DNA from: Octopus vulgaris
Lineage: Eukaryota
Assembly: GCA_951406725.2 (NCBI GenBank)
Contig: OX597820.1
Span: 79,670,001-79,734,000, forward strand
Direction of reading: 5' to 3'
DNA: 64,000 bases
In this document: positions 1 to 13,017 of the stretch, piece after piece
Numbering within the stretch: the first letter of the stretch is position 1
Layout: the number at the start of each line of letters is the position of its first letter
Position numbers and translations under genes: made by a program
Notes under the pieces: generated by a model
Told to the model about the DNA's origin: nothing
What the model saw: the letters and a program-made list of their open reading frames with translations, nothing else
The model's database searches: none

Positions 1-41
1 TTTTGGTTTCCATAATACTGCTGTATATATATATATATGTA

Positions 42-182
42 TCATCATCATCATCATCATTTAATGGCCGCTTTCCATGCTAGCATGGGTTGGACGGTTC
101 GACCGGGGTCTGGGAAGCCAGGAGGCTGCACCAGGCTCCAGTCTGAGCTGGCAGTGTTTCTACACCTGGATGCCCTTCCTAA
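42..182 (-). mobile_element. RTE-type 3' tail fragment ending in (GAT)n
   Basis: The CCATGCTAGCATGGAAAGCGG..TTAAATGATGATG tail recurs at about 29955-29995 and 41597-41636. Confidence 0.5.
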
Positions 183-629
183 AAGTAAAAGATGCCTAAC
201 TGTACATATACATACATATATAAAAGTAAAAAGTAAAAGACTCAAAAGGAAGAGTATGTACGGTTAGGCATCTTTTACTTTTTACTTTTTATTTTCACAC
301 ACGAGGAATACTTATGACTAGAATTGGTAGCATACCATAAAAATACTACCAGTTATTTGGGAATTCTATTTACAGAGCAGGATTGTAGGAGCACAAAAAA
401 AATACAAACTGTGCCAAGTGCAGTACTGTGTAATGGGACTGAACCCAAGACCACAGGGTTGGGAAGTGCAGTCCCAGCAGACCTTCAGCAGAGCCTTCCA
501 AGCAGGCATTGGACTGATTGGCTACAGCTGGACACACTGTGCCCTGTCTGTCTTCTTATGTGATGTCCTTGGTCATCGCTGACAACAAGCGATGAACTAA
601 TAATAAGTGAGTGTGTGTGTGTGTGTGCG

Positions 630-683
<54 letters not shown>

Positions 684-765
684 TGTGTTTGTGTGTGTGG
701 ACTTATATGGAAGCTTTGTTAAATATCTAATCTTCATTTTCCTGTTTTCTTTTTTTTTATTGCAG

Positions 766-868
766 AGGTGGTGCATTTGGCTACCAACTTGGGCTGAATC
801 GTTCCTACTGCAAGCCCTCTTGGGACACTATAGCTGATATGAGGACTTATGTGTCAGACTATTACTGA
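766..868 (+). CDS. Putative terminal coding exon of an unidentified host gene (GGAFGYQLGLNRSYCKPSWDTIADMRTYVSDYY*)
   Basis: Long polypyrimidine tract plus TTGCAG acceptor ending at 765. Open non-repetitive frame 767-868 ending in TGA, followed by an abrupt switch to U-rich UTR-like sequence. The frame is not certain and the product was not recognised. Confidence 0.6.
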
Positions 869-2410
869 GATTAAGTTGATGTTTAATTTTTTTTGTTGTA
901 AAGTTTTTTTAATTTTCTTTCATTCTTCATTTTATGTGACTCTTTGTTCACACCTTCATTATTATTTTTATAAAATACCAGCTGATTATATTATATTATA
1001 AATATCTCAAAGTTTTTTTTTTCCTCTTTGAAATCATATTTTCACACACCTTTTAAATTCATAATTGTTCATATAAAAAAAAAGATAGAAGAGATATTCA
1101 AATCTCTTTGAAATTAAAATATTTTCAATGGTTCTGGGGGACTTGTCATTTGATGATGGGGGATTTAAAGAAAAAGTTGGAAGAAAAAAGTGGAAACACA
1201 ACGACCGTCTGGTTAAGGTGCTGGAGACACATGCAAATGTTGCTGCAGTTGTTGTTCTCTGTCCTTGGACAAGAGACATTTTTTGTGTAAACTCCAGTCT
1301 TAGTAATTGACAACAGGTTCCCCATTCTTACTTCACATTTGTGTTGTGTATCAGCTGGTGTTGGAAGAGCACTAACTTCAACAATATGAAAAAAAGAAAT
1401 TGAAAAAAAAAAAACAAACCCAGAAACCCAGAATTAATATTTCCAAAGATCCATCCCCACCTATATCTGTATGAAATGGTGGAGAGTAAAGGAGTTAAAG
1501 AAAAAAAAACTCGGAAAAGGAAAAAAAATGAAAAATAATTTTCTTTTCTTTTTTTTTTAATTGGTTTGTATATTTATGTTTAAGAATCACAAATAGCTGA
1601 GTTGGTTAAGCATCGGCATTAATGGATTTTAGTCTCTTCCTGGCTCTGTAGAATGCTCAGTTAAGTTTGCCCAACTATAAATGAGCAATGAAGTTCAGTG
1701 TAGTTCCCTACTGAAACCATTGACATCAATGTATAACTAATATAGTCAAGAGTGTCTTGTTAAGTTATAGTAATCACCTGATCAACCAGACTATCAGACG
1801 TTGTTATACCTCACTGGTCACAGTGCACTTTGCATCGTTTTTAGGCTTTCAAATGGTGCCATCCCACTGGTTAGGCAAGCCAGTCCATCACAGGGTCACC
1901 CATTCACAGCCGAGCAGACTGGAACAATGTGAAGTGAAGGGTTTTGCTCAAGAACTTTTAATATTCAACTCAAATGTTGTTTTGGTTTGGAGTGTGGGGG
2001 GTCGGTGGGGGTGGGGACGTCTTCAGATGAATACGAAAGAATTTATTGGATTGTCTCCCTTCATGCTCACTCTATTCACCCCTCCCACCCACAACACATT
2101 TTTGTGTTTTACCAGTTGTTTGCTTTTAGTTTATTTAATTAGTATGTTTTTTTTTTCCCCGGCCTGTATCTTTTTTTTTCTCTCTCTCTTTTTGTTTTCC
2201 TGTGCAAAAGGAAAAGAAAAAAATTGAACTCACTCAATTTCAGTAATTTTCTGCATTTGGGGGAAAAAAATTTATCAAAATGTGTTTCAATGTAAATAGA
2301 TTCAAGCTGTCTATATAACAAATGTCTACAAGAAGAAAGACATTCGACACACCGTATACGACAGTGGAACTAGTTGAAAGTAAATAAAAAGAACATTTAT
2401 ATATGCCTTG
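869..2410 (+). other. Putative 3' UTR with candidate polyadenylation signal (AATAAA near 2383)
   Basis: A/U-rich, largely repeat-poor sequence after the stop codon. AATAAA is followed downstream by a (GTT)n GU-rich tract. Confidence 0.4.
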
Positions 2411-2744
2411 AATCACTGTTGTTATTATTGTTGCAGCTGTTGTTGTTGTTGTTGTTTTGTTGTTGTTCTTTTTCTTCTTCCAATCAGGATTCATGCCATT
2501 AGCCACAAAGAATAATCTCTAATTCGAGCCTACTCTAAGCTACTAAGAATGAAGATCCACCCACCACATGCAATAGACTGGTGGTTGCATGGGCGCGAAT
2601 GCTATGTTGTTATCCTCATTACATAAACGGTGGCTTTTAACGGGTGGAGAGCTGAATCATCCTGGGGTACAGAGGATTCGCAATTCTAGACTAGGGTCTG
2701 AAAGTTTACCACACCATAGTGGATTACACCATGGTTCCTCTGCT

Positions 2745-2942
2745 TTGTGGCAGAAGTAGGAAGAAAGAGTGAGAGAAAGTTGTGGTTGAAAGAATACAGC
2801 GGGGATTCACCTCCCCGCTGAAGCCTTGTGGAGCTTAGGTGTTTTTGCTCAATAAACATTCACAATGCCCGGTCTAGGAATTGAAACCGCATTCTTACGA
2901 CCGCAAGTCCGCTGCTCTAACCACTGGGCCATTGCCCCTCCA
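2745..2942 (-). mobile_element. tRNA-headed SINE family C, partial copy
   Basis: Reverse complement of the head and core seen at 17011 and 28300. Confidence 0.75.
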
Positions 2943-3224
2943 CTGCAGCTGTTGTTGTTGTTGTTTACTCACAGATCAGTTGTGATCTGCTGGATTTATA
3001 ATCAAAGACATTCCTTTTATGACCATCCCAATCTTTTGTTTTTGTCATACAGTGTGTATCTAGGACAACATTAGCTAATGTATATCCCCTTCTTAAAGGC
3101 AGCAGAGTATGATGTGACAGACAGACAGACCTGGAGCAGAGAGAAGACATGTCTTTGGTGTATTGGACAAAAGCTATTAGCCTTTGGATTCTAAGTGCAA
3201 TCCCAGGCAGGGACTTGATAAATA

Positions 3225-3440
3225 ATATCAACAGAAAAATAACACCAGCAACTTATCTTAGGAATGAGAACAGTGTACCCCATTAGTCAAATAAAGGGTT
3301 GGGTTCAAAATTCTACCAGAACACCTGATGAAGGCTGGAGAGTACACCAGCTGAAACGTGATAACAACAAACAAGATGAGGACATTTGTCCATTTATTGT
3401 AAATAGTGTACATAATTCCTCATCTCAGAAATATAGAAAA
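3225..3440 (+). mobile_element. Penelope-like pLTR remnant with degenerate minimal hammerhead motif (3321-3360)
   Basis: CTGATGA-A-GGCTGG..CCAGCT-GAAAC at 3325-3357. Confidence 0.5.
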
Positions 3441-3930
3441 GTATTAGCTGAACTGGCGATGGACTGAATATATTTGTTCCAAGAGGGTATCAGACCAGAA
3501 AGTTCATCAGAGCAATGGCCATGGATATACTTATAAGAATATGCCAGCTTTATGTTCAGTCTTCCTTGGAGACTGAACATAAAGCTTAGGAGTACTCGGC
3601 CGTTTGTAGTAGTAGTTTGCTTATTAAAGTGCATCAGTTTCAGAAAGTGTTGAAACTACTGGTATGGACTTGCTCTGGAAGGTTTATTATCCACCCAATT
3701 TCTGGTTTGGTTGTTGGGTAGCTCTTCATCCATTTATAAGCCTTTGGGTTTGCTTAGTTACCTGCTTCCCATCACCTGTAAATTGGTTACAGGAATTGCA
3801 AAGGCTGGCACATTCAATCCTCAGAAGAGGAAAATGCAGTCTAGATTTGAAGTATGTTAAATTGTGATGAAATTATGATCATCGAATTTGCTAGTAATAT
3901 TGGAGTTGTCAATATCTGGGAAAGGAATGG
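3440..3930 (-). mobile_element. Decayed CR1/L2-like LINE 3' fragment
   Basis: Minus-strand YKYIHGHCSDELSGLIP resembles the C-terminal FYRYxxGxCSxELxxLVP motif of CR1/Crack-type ORF2. Confidence 0.45.
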
Positions 3931-4044
3931 AGTATATGCTTGAGGGTTTTGGACAAGAACCAAGTTAATTTAACCTTTTAGCATTTAATCTGGTCCAAAT
4001 ATTGCATTGTTTTATGTTAAAACTGACCGCATCCAACCTGCCCA

Positions 4045-4165
4045 CCACATGGTTCTAGACTCAGTCCCACTGCATGGCATTTGGGCAAGTGTCTTCTACT
4101 ATAGCCTTGGGCCGACCAAAGCTTTGTGAGTGGGATTTGGTAGATGGAAACTGAAAGAAGCCTGT

Positions 4166-4204
<39 letters not shown>

Positions 4205-4527
4205 TTGTATGTCTTGGGCAAGTGTCTTGTACTATAGCCTTGGGCCAACCAAAGCCTTGTGAGTGGATTTGGTAGACGGAAACTGAAAGAAGCCTATTAT
4301 ATATATATGTATGTGTGTGTGTTTGTATGTCTGTGTTTGATCCTCCCACCACCACTTGACAACCGATGGTGGTGTCTTTACATCTCCCCGTAACATAGTG
4401 GTTTGGCAAAAGAGACCGATAGAATATGTACTAGGCTTACAAATAATAAGTCCTGGGGTCGATTTGTTCTACTAAAGGCGGTGCTCCAGCATGGCCACAG
4501 TCAAATGACTGGAACAAATAAAAGAAT
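4045..4527 (+). mobile_element. SINE family B (tRNA head, internal microsatellite, CR1-like tail); internal segment duplicated
   Basis: Matches the copy at 5980-6716. The TTGGGCAAGTGTCTT..GAAAGAAGCC block occurs twice. Confidence 0.8.
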
Positions 4528-4734
4528 ACCATTGAAATCTTGAAGCTACAACTTAATTCAAAACAATGTGCATTTGACAAAGAAATCCAAATGCTAAAGG
4601 GTTTTCAATAATGCTGCTGTGCTAAAGCTACAATCTCTTCAATTTTAAACTGGGCCCATTTTCCTGCCTTAATGAAATAGTAGAAAGTGGGGTGTGTGTG
4701 ATTTCTAGTGGTGGAACTTTACAGTTTGGCCTTT

Positions 4735-5335
<601 letters not shown>

Positions 5336-5979
5336 TTATATAATTTTATTTAGGAATCATCCATTGTTAGACAACTCCCCCAGTCAGATAATATCATAAG
5401 TACCACCACTTGGTATATAAGACATTAACTATTTATTTTCTAATTATGCTAATTACGATATTGGTGAACTTTTTATATCGTATCACGTTATTCTCACAAA
5501 TCCCTGTATACGCGAACTTAACATTACTGCAGAATTATCTCCCTTGATCCGCACAAAATCAGGAAGACTCTCTCGGTTATCTGCTTTATTTTAGTTTGAC
5601 TAACTTTAAAAACTCTTTAACGCTTTGCCTGCCAAAGGAGTCACTAATAACTTCTCTTGGTGATGATTTCTTTTTTTGTCACGGAGCCCCTCATTGTTGT
5701 AGTTCAAAACTACATCTTCTGAATTTTAGAAAAATCTCCAGAACCCAATTATCAGAAGGTTGCAAGCTACAGTCATCTTCATCATCGGATCGCCTTGCCT
5801 TCCATAATTTTGGAGGGCTGTAGGGGGCGGGGAGGAAGCCATTAAGGCTTATGTGATATAATCTGAAATATAATCTTTATCTTTTACTTGTTTCAGCCAT
5901 TAGACTGTGGCCATACTGGGGCACCGCATGGTTCAGTCGAATGAATCAACTCCTGTGCTTTTCTTTTTATAGCCTGGTT

Positions 5980-6148
5980 GGCGTAGGAGTGGCTGTGTGG
6001 TAAGTAGCTTGCTTACCAACCACATGGTTCCGGGTTCAGTCCCACTGCGTGGCACCTTGGACAAGTGTCTTCTACTATAGCCTCGGGTCGACTAAGGCCT
6101 TGTGAGTGGATTTGGTGGACGGAAACTGAAAGAAGCCCGTCGTATATA

Positions 6149-6201
<53 letters not shown>

Positions 6202-6443
6202 GTGTATATATATATATATGTATGTATGTGTGTATATATATATATATGTATGTATGTGTGTATATATATATATATGTATGTATGTGTGTATATATATATA
6301 TATGTATGTATGTGTGTATATATATATATATGTATGTATGTGTGTATATATATATATATGTATGTATGTGTGTATATATATATATATGTATGTATGTGTG
6401 TATATATATATATATGTATGTGTGTATATATATATATATATAT

Positions 6444-6493
<50 letters not shown>

Positions 6494-6716
6494 ATATATA
6501 TATATGTGTGTGTGTGTCTGTGTTTGTCCCCCCAACATCGCTTGACAACTGATGCTGGTGTGTTTACGTCCCCGTAACTTAGCGGTTCGGCAAAAGAGAC
6601 CGATAGGATAAGTACTAGGCTTACGAAGAATAAGTCCTGGGGTCGATTTGCTCGACTAAAGGTGGTGCTCCAGCATGGCCGCAGACAAATGACTGAAACA
6701 AGTAGAAGTGTAAAAG
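5980..6716 (+). mobile_element. Full-length SINE family B
   Basis: GGCGTAGGAGTGGCTGTGTGGTAAG (A-box-like), GGTTCAGTCCC (B-box-like), internal TA/TG tract, tail GGTGCTCCAGCATGGCCGCAG..TGACTGAAACAAGTA. Confidence 0.9.
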
Positions 6717-6805
6717 TGGTATTCATTCTGTCAGTTTTTTTTTTGCTGAACTGTTATGCTGTGTGTGTGTGTGGGGCAAACAGATACAAATACGCAGGCG
6801 CTCAC

Positions 6806-6859
<54 letters not shown>

Positions 6860-6884
6860 ATACACATACACATCATCGTTAACA

Positions 6885-7370
6885 TTGCAGGTAAGACTGT
6901 TGAAGGGATTGGCGCGAGTTGCCTTGTTTAGGTTCGCCTTCAGCACATCATTCACCGAGTTGAATGCTCTCCGTCCTGCTTTTACTGTTCGCGAGATCTC
7001 ACTCTCTATCTCTCGCCTTATGGTCACTTCTTGACCGAGATACACATAGCTGCTCACCTCTTCTATTTCACCACCTTCCACTGTTAGGCGACCGATCGGT
7101 ACGCCCCCACACTGTACGTACTTGGTTTTCGTACGGTTGATCTTCAGGCCAACCGCCGAACCCCTTAAATCCAGTTCGCCTAGCATGGTCTGTAGCTGAT
7201 CGGTCCTCTCCGCTGTCAGCGCTGTGTCATCAGCAAATCTCAAATGGGTGAGCAGCTCTCCGTTTACCCTTATGCCTCCGTTCCAGTTCATGTCTCGCAT
7301 GACCATCTTGAGGACATGCCGTGAAAAGCTTAGGAGAGATGGTGCCTCCTTGTTTGACACCCTTCTCCAC
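6885..7370 (-). mobile_element. RTE-clade LINE reverse transcriptase fragment
   Basis: GIRVNGELLTHLRFADD..GLKINRTKTKY..IEEVSSYVYLGQ in ORF 6731..7429. Confidence 0.92.
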
Positions 7371-7371
7371 T

Positions 7372-7960
7372 GGAACATTGACTGGTGAGGATGAAAAAGC
7401 GGAGAAACATGAATAGAGATGGGAAACACCTGGCAGAATATTCTATTCTCTGCAGCTCAATAAGAAAGTGTCTTGAGAATGATTTCGAGAGGTACAGAAA
7501 GGAGAAGATCCTGAAGACCGCGCGAGAACGGAAGAGCCTAAAAAAATGCGAAAGGGAGACGATGTGTTATAGAACGGAAGTACGACGCTGAAGAACCAGG
7601 ACGGCAATGCAGTAACCAACAGAAGAGGTGTGGAAAAAGTTTGCAAAACCTTATACACAAACCTCTTTAAATCGAGAGCAGTGATTGCGCCTCCATTTTT
7701 GGAAAGTGAAGGAGAGAAACTATCATCTGTTCTGATCAGTGAAGTCGAGAGAACCCTCAAAACCGATGAACAAAGGTAAAGTACTGACCAAGGAAGGTAT
7801 AGCATCTGATATGCTGCAGGACAGCGGAGAGCAGCCATGGAAGACCCTCGCTCTACGCTTCAACCGCTACCTAGAGGAAGGGTCGCTATCTTCCCAATGG
7901 AAAGAGTCATGTACGATCCTGCTGTACAAGAAGGGCGATAAGGAAGATCTTAAGAACTAA
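7372..7960 (+). mobile_element. RTE-clade LINE EN-RT linker fragment, inverted relative to 6885-7370
   Basis: RKSLKKCERE and SQWKESCTILLYKKGDKEDLKN are typical of the region just upstream of the RTE RT domain. Confidence 0.88.
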
Positions 7961-8264
7961 ACCCTTAAATTAAACAGTTAAAATGAACCGTTAAAACAAG
8001 CCGTTAAAATGAATATCATATCTTTTTAACAGAGGAAACACGAATTGCTGTTACTCATTTTATTGACTTTGAAGAAATGAAAGGCAGCAGTGAAACTGGT
8101 GGAATTTGAACTCTAGACGTCAAGAGAAGGAACTAAATATTGCAAGTATATCGAGGAATTGCGGAGCCGATGAAGAGGCTTCCATGTGGTTGTTAAAAAC
8201 AGCGGCTAGATCGCCATCAACTAATAACACCATATTGTCTTAAACAAAGAAAAGGCACATTTTA

Positions 8265-8595
8265 ACCCCTTCGTTCCCTCTGCCGCATAGGCCATCGACA
8301 ATGGAGCATAGGCTGTCGATGACTTTTCTTCATTGTTTTCGATTCTGGATTGTTGAACTTGGGTTTCCTCACCAAGGTTTTTGTTGGATTTGAATAATTC
8401 TGTAAGCTTGCTTTTTTTTTCTAGGTAGGGTTTGCAAACCCACTTTTACCTCTAGGAAGAGGTGGTTCGTTTTTTTCTGGCCTTTGTCCTTTGACCTGTC
8501 CAACATAGGAGGCCCTAACAGAAGCTTGCTCTCTGCTGACAAGGTTATCGAGGCATCCAAGCCACCACAATATGGACTCGACCTTGTAGTGGACA
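8265..8595 (-). mobile_element. Non-autonomous RTE derivative (5' UTR fused to 3' tail)
   Basis: Minus-strand TAGGGCCTCCTATGTTGGACAGGTCAAAGG resembles RTE 5' UTRs. GTCGATGGCCTATGCGGCAGAGGGAACGAAGGGG resembles an RTE-X 3' end. Confidence 0.5.
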
Positions 8596-9508
8596 TATAG
8601 TCTTACATAGTCTTAATATAACGCGTTGGTCACGGTTGGAAGAAATATCAGAGCTGACCTAAACAACAATAACAGCAACAAGAGTAAGAATAACAATCAA
8701 TTCACTCGCCCTAGATGTCGGTTTCGAATTTTGGCGCAAGGCCAGACATTGCCGGGGAGAAACTAAGTCGAATACGTCGACCTCAATACTCGACTGGTAC
8801 GAAATACCGCTAAGCATTCCTTCCAGCGTGCTAACGATTCGGTCAGCTCACCGCTCCGAAAGGATGAAAGGCAAAGTCGACCCTAGCGGCATTTGTACTC
8901 AAGATAAAGTCGGATGAAATGCCGCTAAGCATTTTGTTCGGCACGGTGACGATTCTTCCTGCTCACTGTATTACTCACCCTAAATACTGAAATCTTTTGG
9001 TTAGAAAATCTAGGAAAACGTGATTTTGTGGCTATCAGTATTTCCCCAAAAACATTACCGGTGTAAGTGAATTGATTTCAACAGAGTCGAGGAAACGGCT
9101 CTGGATAAAGAGTTAACCAATTAAAGAATAAATAATAGAGAAGTGGAAATAGAACCAGTGCGTGTGTCTGTTGACATAATGATCCTCCCAAAATACAACA
9201 CAAGAATCTTACAAACCAAATACCAAAGCAAGAAATTCCGAACGTTTTGCCGTTGCCTTCTTCATCTGACTCATTCCTTACGAATGTCTGACCCACAAAT
9301 GCCTGTTTTTTTTTTATCATAGATAAAACAGCGTTGATAAGATAATTAAGTAATTATAGTCGTTTACCTCTTATGTCAATCGCGAACGAGCTGACCTATG
9401 AAAAAATACCATCCTTGCCGTTGTAGTCTGACGCAGTTTATCTCAGAGTGCACCACCCAGTGTACATTTACTCTCAATTCTTAAAAACGTCAGTGTGATT
9501 TCAGAGAA

Positions 9509-10570
9509 GGCGGCGAGCTGGCAGAATCGTTAGCACGCCGGGCGGAATGCCTAGCGGCATTTCGCTCGTCGCTACGTTCTGAGTTCAAATTTCGCCGAGG
9601 CCGACTTTGCTTTTCATACTTTCGGGATCGATAAAAATAAGTACCAGTGAAACACTGGGTTAGATGTAATCGACTAGTTCTCTTCTTCCAAAATTCAGAC
9701 CTTGTTTCTATAGTAGACATAATTATTATCATTATTAATGAAGGCGGCGAGCTGGCAGAAACGTTAGCACGCCGGGCGAAATACTTAGCTGTATTTCGTC
9801 TGTCTTTACGTTCCGAGTTCAAATTCCTCCGAGGTCAACTTTGCCTTTCATCTTTTCGGGGTCGATTAAATAAGTACCAGTTACGCACTGGAGTCGATCT
9901 AATCGACTGGCACCTCCCCACCCCAAATTTCGGGCTTTGTGCCTAGAGCAGAAAAGATTATTAATGAAAGCGGTGAGTTGACTGAATCGTTAGAGGTATT
10001 CCGCTCGTCGCTACATTCTGAGTTCAAATTCCACCGAGGTTGACTTTGCCTTTCATCCATTCGAGGTCGATTAAATAAGTACCAGTTATGCACTGGGGTC
10101 GATATAATCGACTTAATCCTCCTCCCCAAGTTGTCCTTGTGACAAAAATTTGAAATCATTATTATTATTATTATTAAGGCGGCGAGCTGGCAGAAACGTT
10201 AGCACGCCGAGCGAAATGCGTAGCCGTATTTCGTCTGCCGTTATGTTCTGAGTTCAAATTCCGCCGAGGTCGACTTTGTCTTTCATTCTTTCGGGCATCG
10301 ATAAATTAAGTACCAGTTACGCACTGGGGTCGATGTAACCGACTTAATCCTTTTGTCTGTCCTTGTTTGTCCTCTCTGTGTTTAGACCCTTGTGGGTAGT
10401 AAAGAAATAGGTATTTCGCTCGTCGGTACGTTCTGAGTTCAAAATCCGCCGAGGTCGACTTTGCCTTTCATCCTTTCGGGATCGATGAAATAAGTACCAG
10501 TTGAGCACTGGAGGGTCGATGTAATCGACTAGCATCTCCCTCTCCCAAAATTCCAGGCCTTGTACCCAGT
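9509..10570 (+). mobile_element. Head-to-tail cluster of 4-5 SINE family A (tRNA head plus CORE-like domain) units
   Basis: Repeated GGCGGCGAGCTGGCAGAA..GAGTTCAAATTCC..GACTTTGCCTTTCATCCTTTCGGGGTCGATAAA..AAGTACCAG starting at about 9509, 9743, 9968 and 10178, plus a headless unit at about 10411. Confidence 0.9.
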
Positions 10571-10801
10571 AAAACTAGCAATATACTACTCTTATTTTAG
10601 TTTTCAAACTGACATCGCATTCATCCACCAAACGATGGCGAACTTTTCCAAAAGCACTTTTAATATTCTTTTCTACTCTAGGCGCAAGACCCGAAATTTT
10701 GGGGGACGGGGCTAGTCGAATTTGAACTCAGAACATAAAGACAGACGAAATACCGCTAAGCATTTTGCCCGGTGTGCTAACGATTCTTCCAGCTCGCCGC
10801 T

Positions 10802-10870
<69 letters not shown>

Positions 10871-10871
<1 letters not shown>

Positions 10872-11188
10872 GAAGGATCTTTCAAAATACAAAGACCTGG
10901 AAATGGAGGTAACCAGAATGTGGAATCTAAAAACAGAAACAATTCCTATCATAGTAGGTGCATTAGGCATGATAAAAAAATACTCAGACAATACATAACA
11001 AAAACACCAGGTCTTACAAACACATATAACATACAGAAAATTGCACTACTAGGCACTGCACACATCCTACGCAGAACACTTTCCATACAATAACCATCAG
11101 AGCATCACGACAAATCACAGCACATACCCAAGGCACATAGAGCTGCGCTCGGTAGTGAAGTGAAAGCACGCTATAAAAAATAAAACTA

Positions 11189-11192
<4 letters not shown>
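10871..11192 (+). mobile_element. R4/Dong-like non-LTR retrotransposon 3' end inside (AAT)n
   Basis: KYKDLEMEVTRMWNLKTETIPIIVGALG..IQKIALLGTAHILRRTL (RLE C-terminus), with (AAT)n on both flanks. Confidence 0.88.
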
Positions 11193-11234
<42 letters not shown>

Positions 11235-11628
11235 TTCTTTTCTATTCTAGGCACAAGGCCCAAATTTTTTTGGGAGGGGGCCAGTTAATTAGATCGACTC
11301 TAGTATGCAACTGGTACTTAATTTATCGACCCCGAAAGGATAAAAGGCAAAGTCGACCTCGGCGGTATAATAATAATAATACTGATTCAACAATTTGAGT
11401 TGAAGAAATAGAACAATAAAAGAACTTTATCATGCATTCAGCAGGCACAGTTGTCCAATTCCAGGCCAAATCAAAATCGCCATTGTCTCCATGGTGACTT
11501 CATAGTAAACTCCATATCTGGACTTAACTACCGTTCACGCATCCATCGCAAATAGATGCAGCCCCTGTTTCCTCATCCTTTTTTAAAAATCCTTTCCTTC
11601 AAATACTCATACGTCAAAACCGACGTGA

Positions 11629-11631
11629 GTG

Positions 11632-11683
<52 letters not shown>

Positions 11684-12160
11684 TTTGTAGTAATAGTAGT
11701 AGTAGCAATAGTTACATTAGTAGTAGTTGTAGTAGTAGTAGTAGTAGTAGTAGTAGCAGCAGCAGAAGTTGTAGTTGTAGTAGTTTTAGTAGTAGAATTA
11801 GTAGCAGTAGTGGTAGTAGTGGTAGTAGTGGTAGTAGTAGCAGCAACAGCAATAGTAGTTGTAGCAGCAGCAGTTGTAGTTGTAGTAGTAGCAGTAGTAG
11901 TGGTAGTAATAACTGCAACAGCAGTAGTAGTAGTAGTATCAGCAGCAACAGTAGTAGTAGTAGTAGTATTAGTAGTAGTAGTAGTAGTATTAGTAGTGGT
12001 AGTATTAGTAGTAGTAGTGGTAATAGTAACAGCAACAGTAATAGTTGTAGTAGCAGCAGCAGTAATAGTTGTAGTTATAGTAGTAGTAGTGGTAGTAGTA
12101 GAAGCAACAGCTACAACAACAGCAGCAGCAGCAGCAGCAGTAGTCGTAGTAGCAGTAGAA
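11629..12160. repeat. Compound cryptic trinucleotide tract: (ACT)n followed by (AGT/AGC/AAC)n
   Basis: Directly visible. It generates poly-S/T/V/L ORFs in several frames. Confidence 0.95.
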
Positions 12161-12689
12161 GCAGGCGCAAAAGATAACCTGAAATACATTTTAAAAATTA
12201 TATTTTATGCGCAGATACGAACAGGAAGAGAAATTTCAGTGAAGAAATCAGACGAGAATCTTATCCAAATCTCTTTGTTTAGGGAAGAAAAAAGAAAAAA
12301 AATGGCAGAAGTAAAACGTTGCATTCTAAGTAATTCTGTGAAGAGGAAATAGATATAGGTCAGGTCAAAAAAAAAAAAGAGGAAATAGATATAGGTCAGG
12401 TCAAACGTATGCTAGACTTCAGTGTCTGACATTGGCAGCAAGATTTACCATTAAACCATGCAAGCTGGAATTTCTTACCAATCTAGAAAGAGAGGTCTTT
12501 TACCAATTTTTTTTTCTTTGGAATTAAATTCTTTGCATTGCAAGAATATTCGGTAAAATAAATAAAATCAATGACTGGCCTAGAAAAGGTAGAAGATAGG
12601 GGTGTTGGTAGGGGTTTGATTCTACACCCAACTTCTCCCACCTCGCTTGCATATTTTTCTTTCTTCTAATAATTGTATCCGTTATGGTT

Positions 12690-12981
12690 TTTTGTTTTGT
12701 TTCAGTTATTCGACTGCGGCCATGCTGGGGCACCGCATTGAACGGCTTTTAGTCGAACAAACCGATATCAGTATTTCCTTTTTTTCTTTTTAAAAGCGTG
12801 ATATTCATTTTATCGGTGTCCTTTGCCGAACCGCTAGATTACTGGGACGTTAACAAATACCAGTTATCAAGCGGTGGTGGTGGTAGTAGACACACACACT
12901 CACGCACACACATACACGCACGTACGCACACGCCCGTACGCACACGCACGTACGCACGTACGCACACACATACACATACAC

Positions 12982-13017
<36 letters not shown>

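Noticed and set aside
607-837. ORF-track frame RWCIWLPTWAESFLL as the exon product
   Set aside because: Starts in a TG microsatellite. The alternative frame 767-868 is longer after the acceptor and ends at the compositional boundary, though the frame is not proven.
6013-6726. Long ORFs rich in Y/I/H/T or C/V/M (also at 14.1k, 22.9k, 28.9k, 41.1k, 47.9k, 53k)
   Set aside because: Read-through of TA, TG, TACA and TCTA microsatellites, open in several frames on both strands.
9078-9320. 80-aa minus ORF with a hydrophobic tail
   Set aside because: No pyrimidine-rich acceptor and no recognisable motif.
9509-10570. CRISPR-like or tRNA-gene array
   Set aside because: Units are ~200-nt SINE copies without unique spacers. 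Heads have A/B boxes but no complete cloverleaf and continue into SINE bodies.
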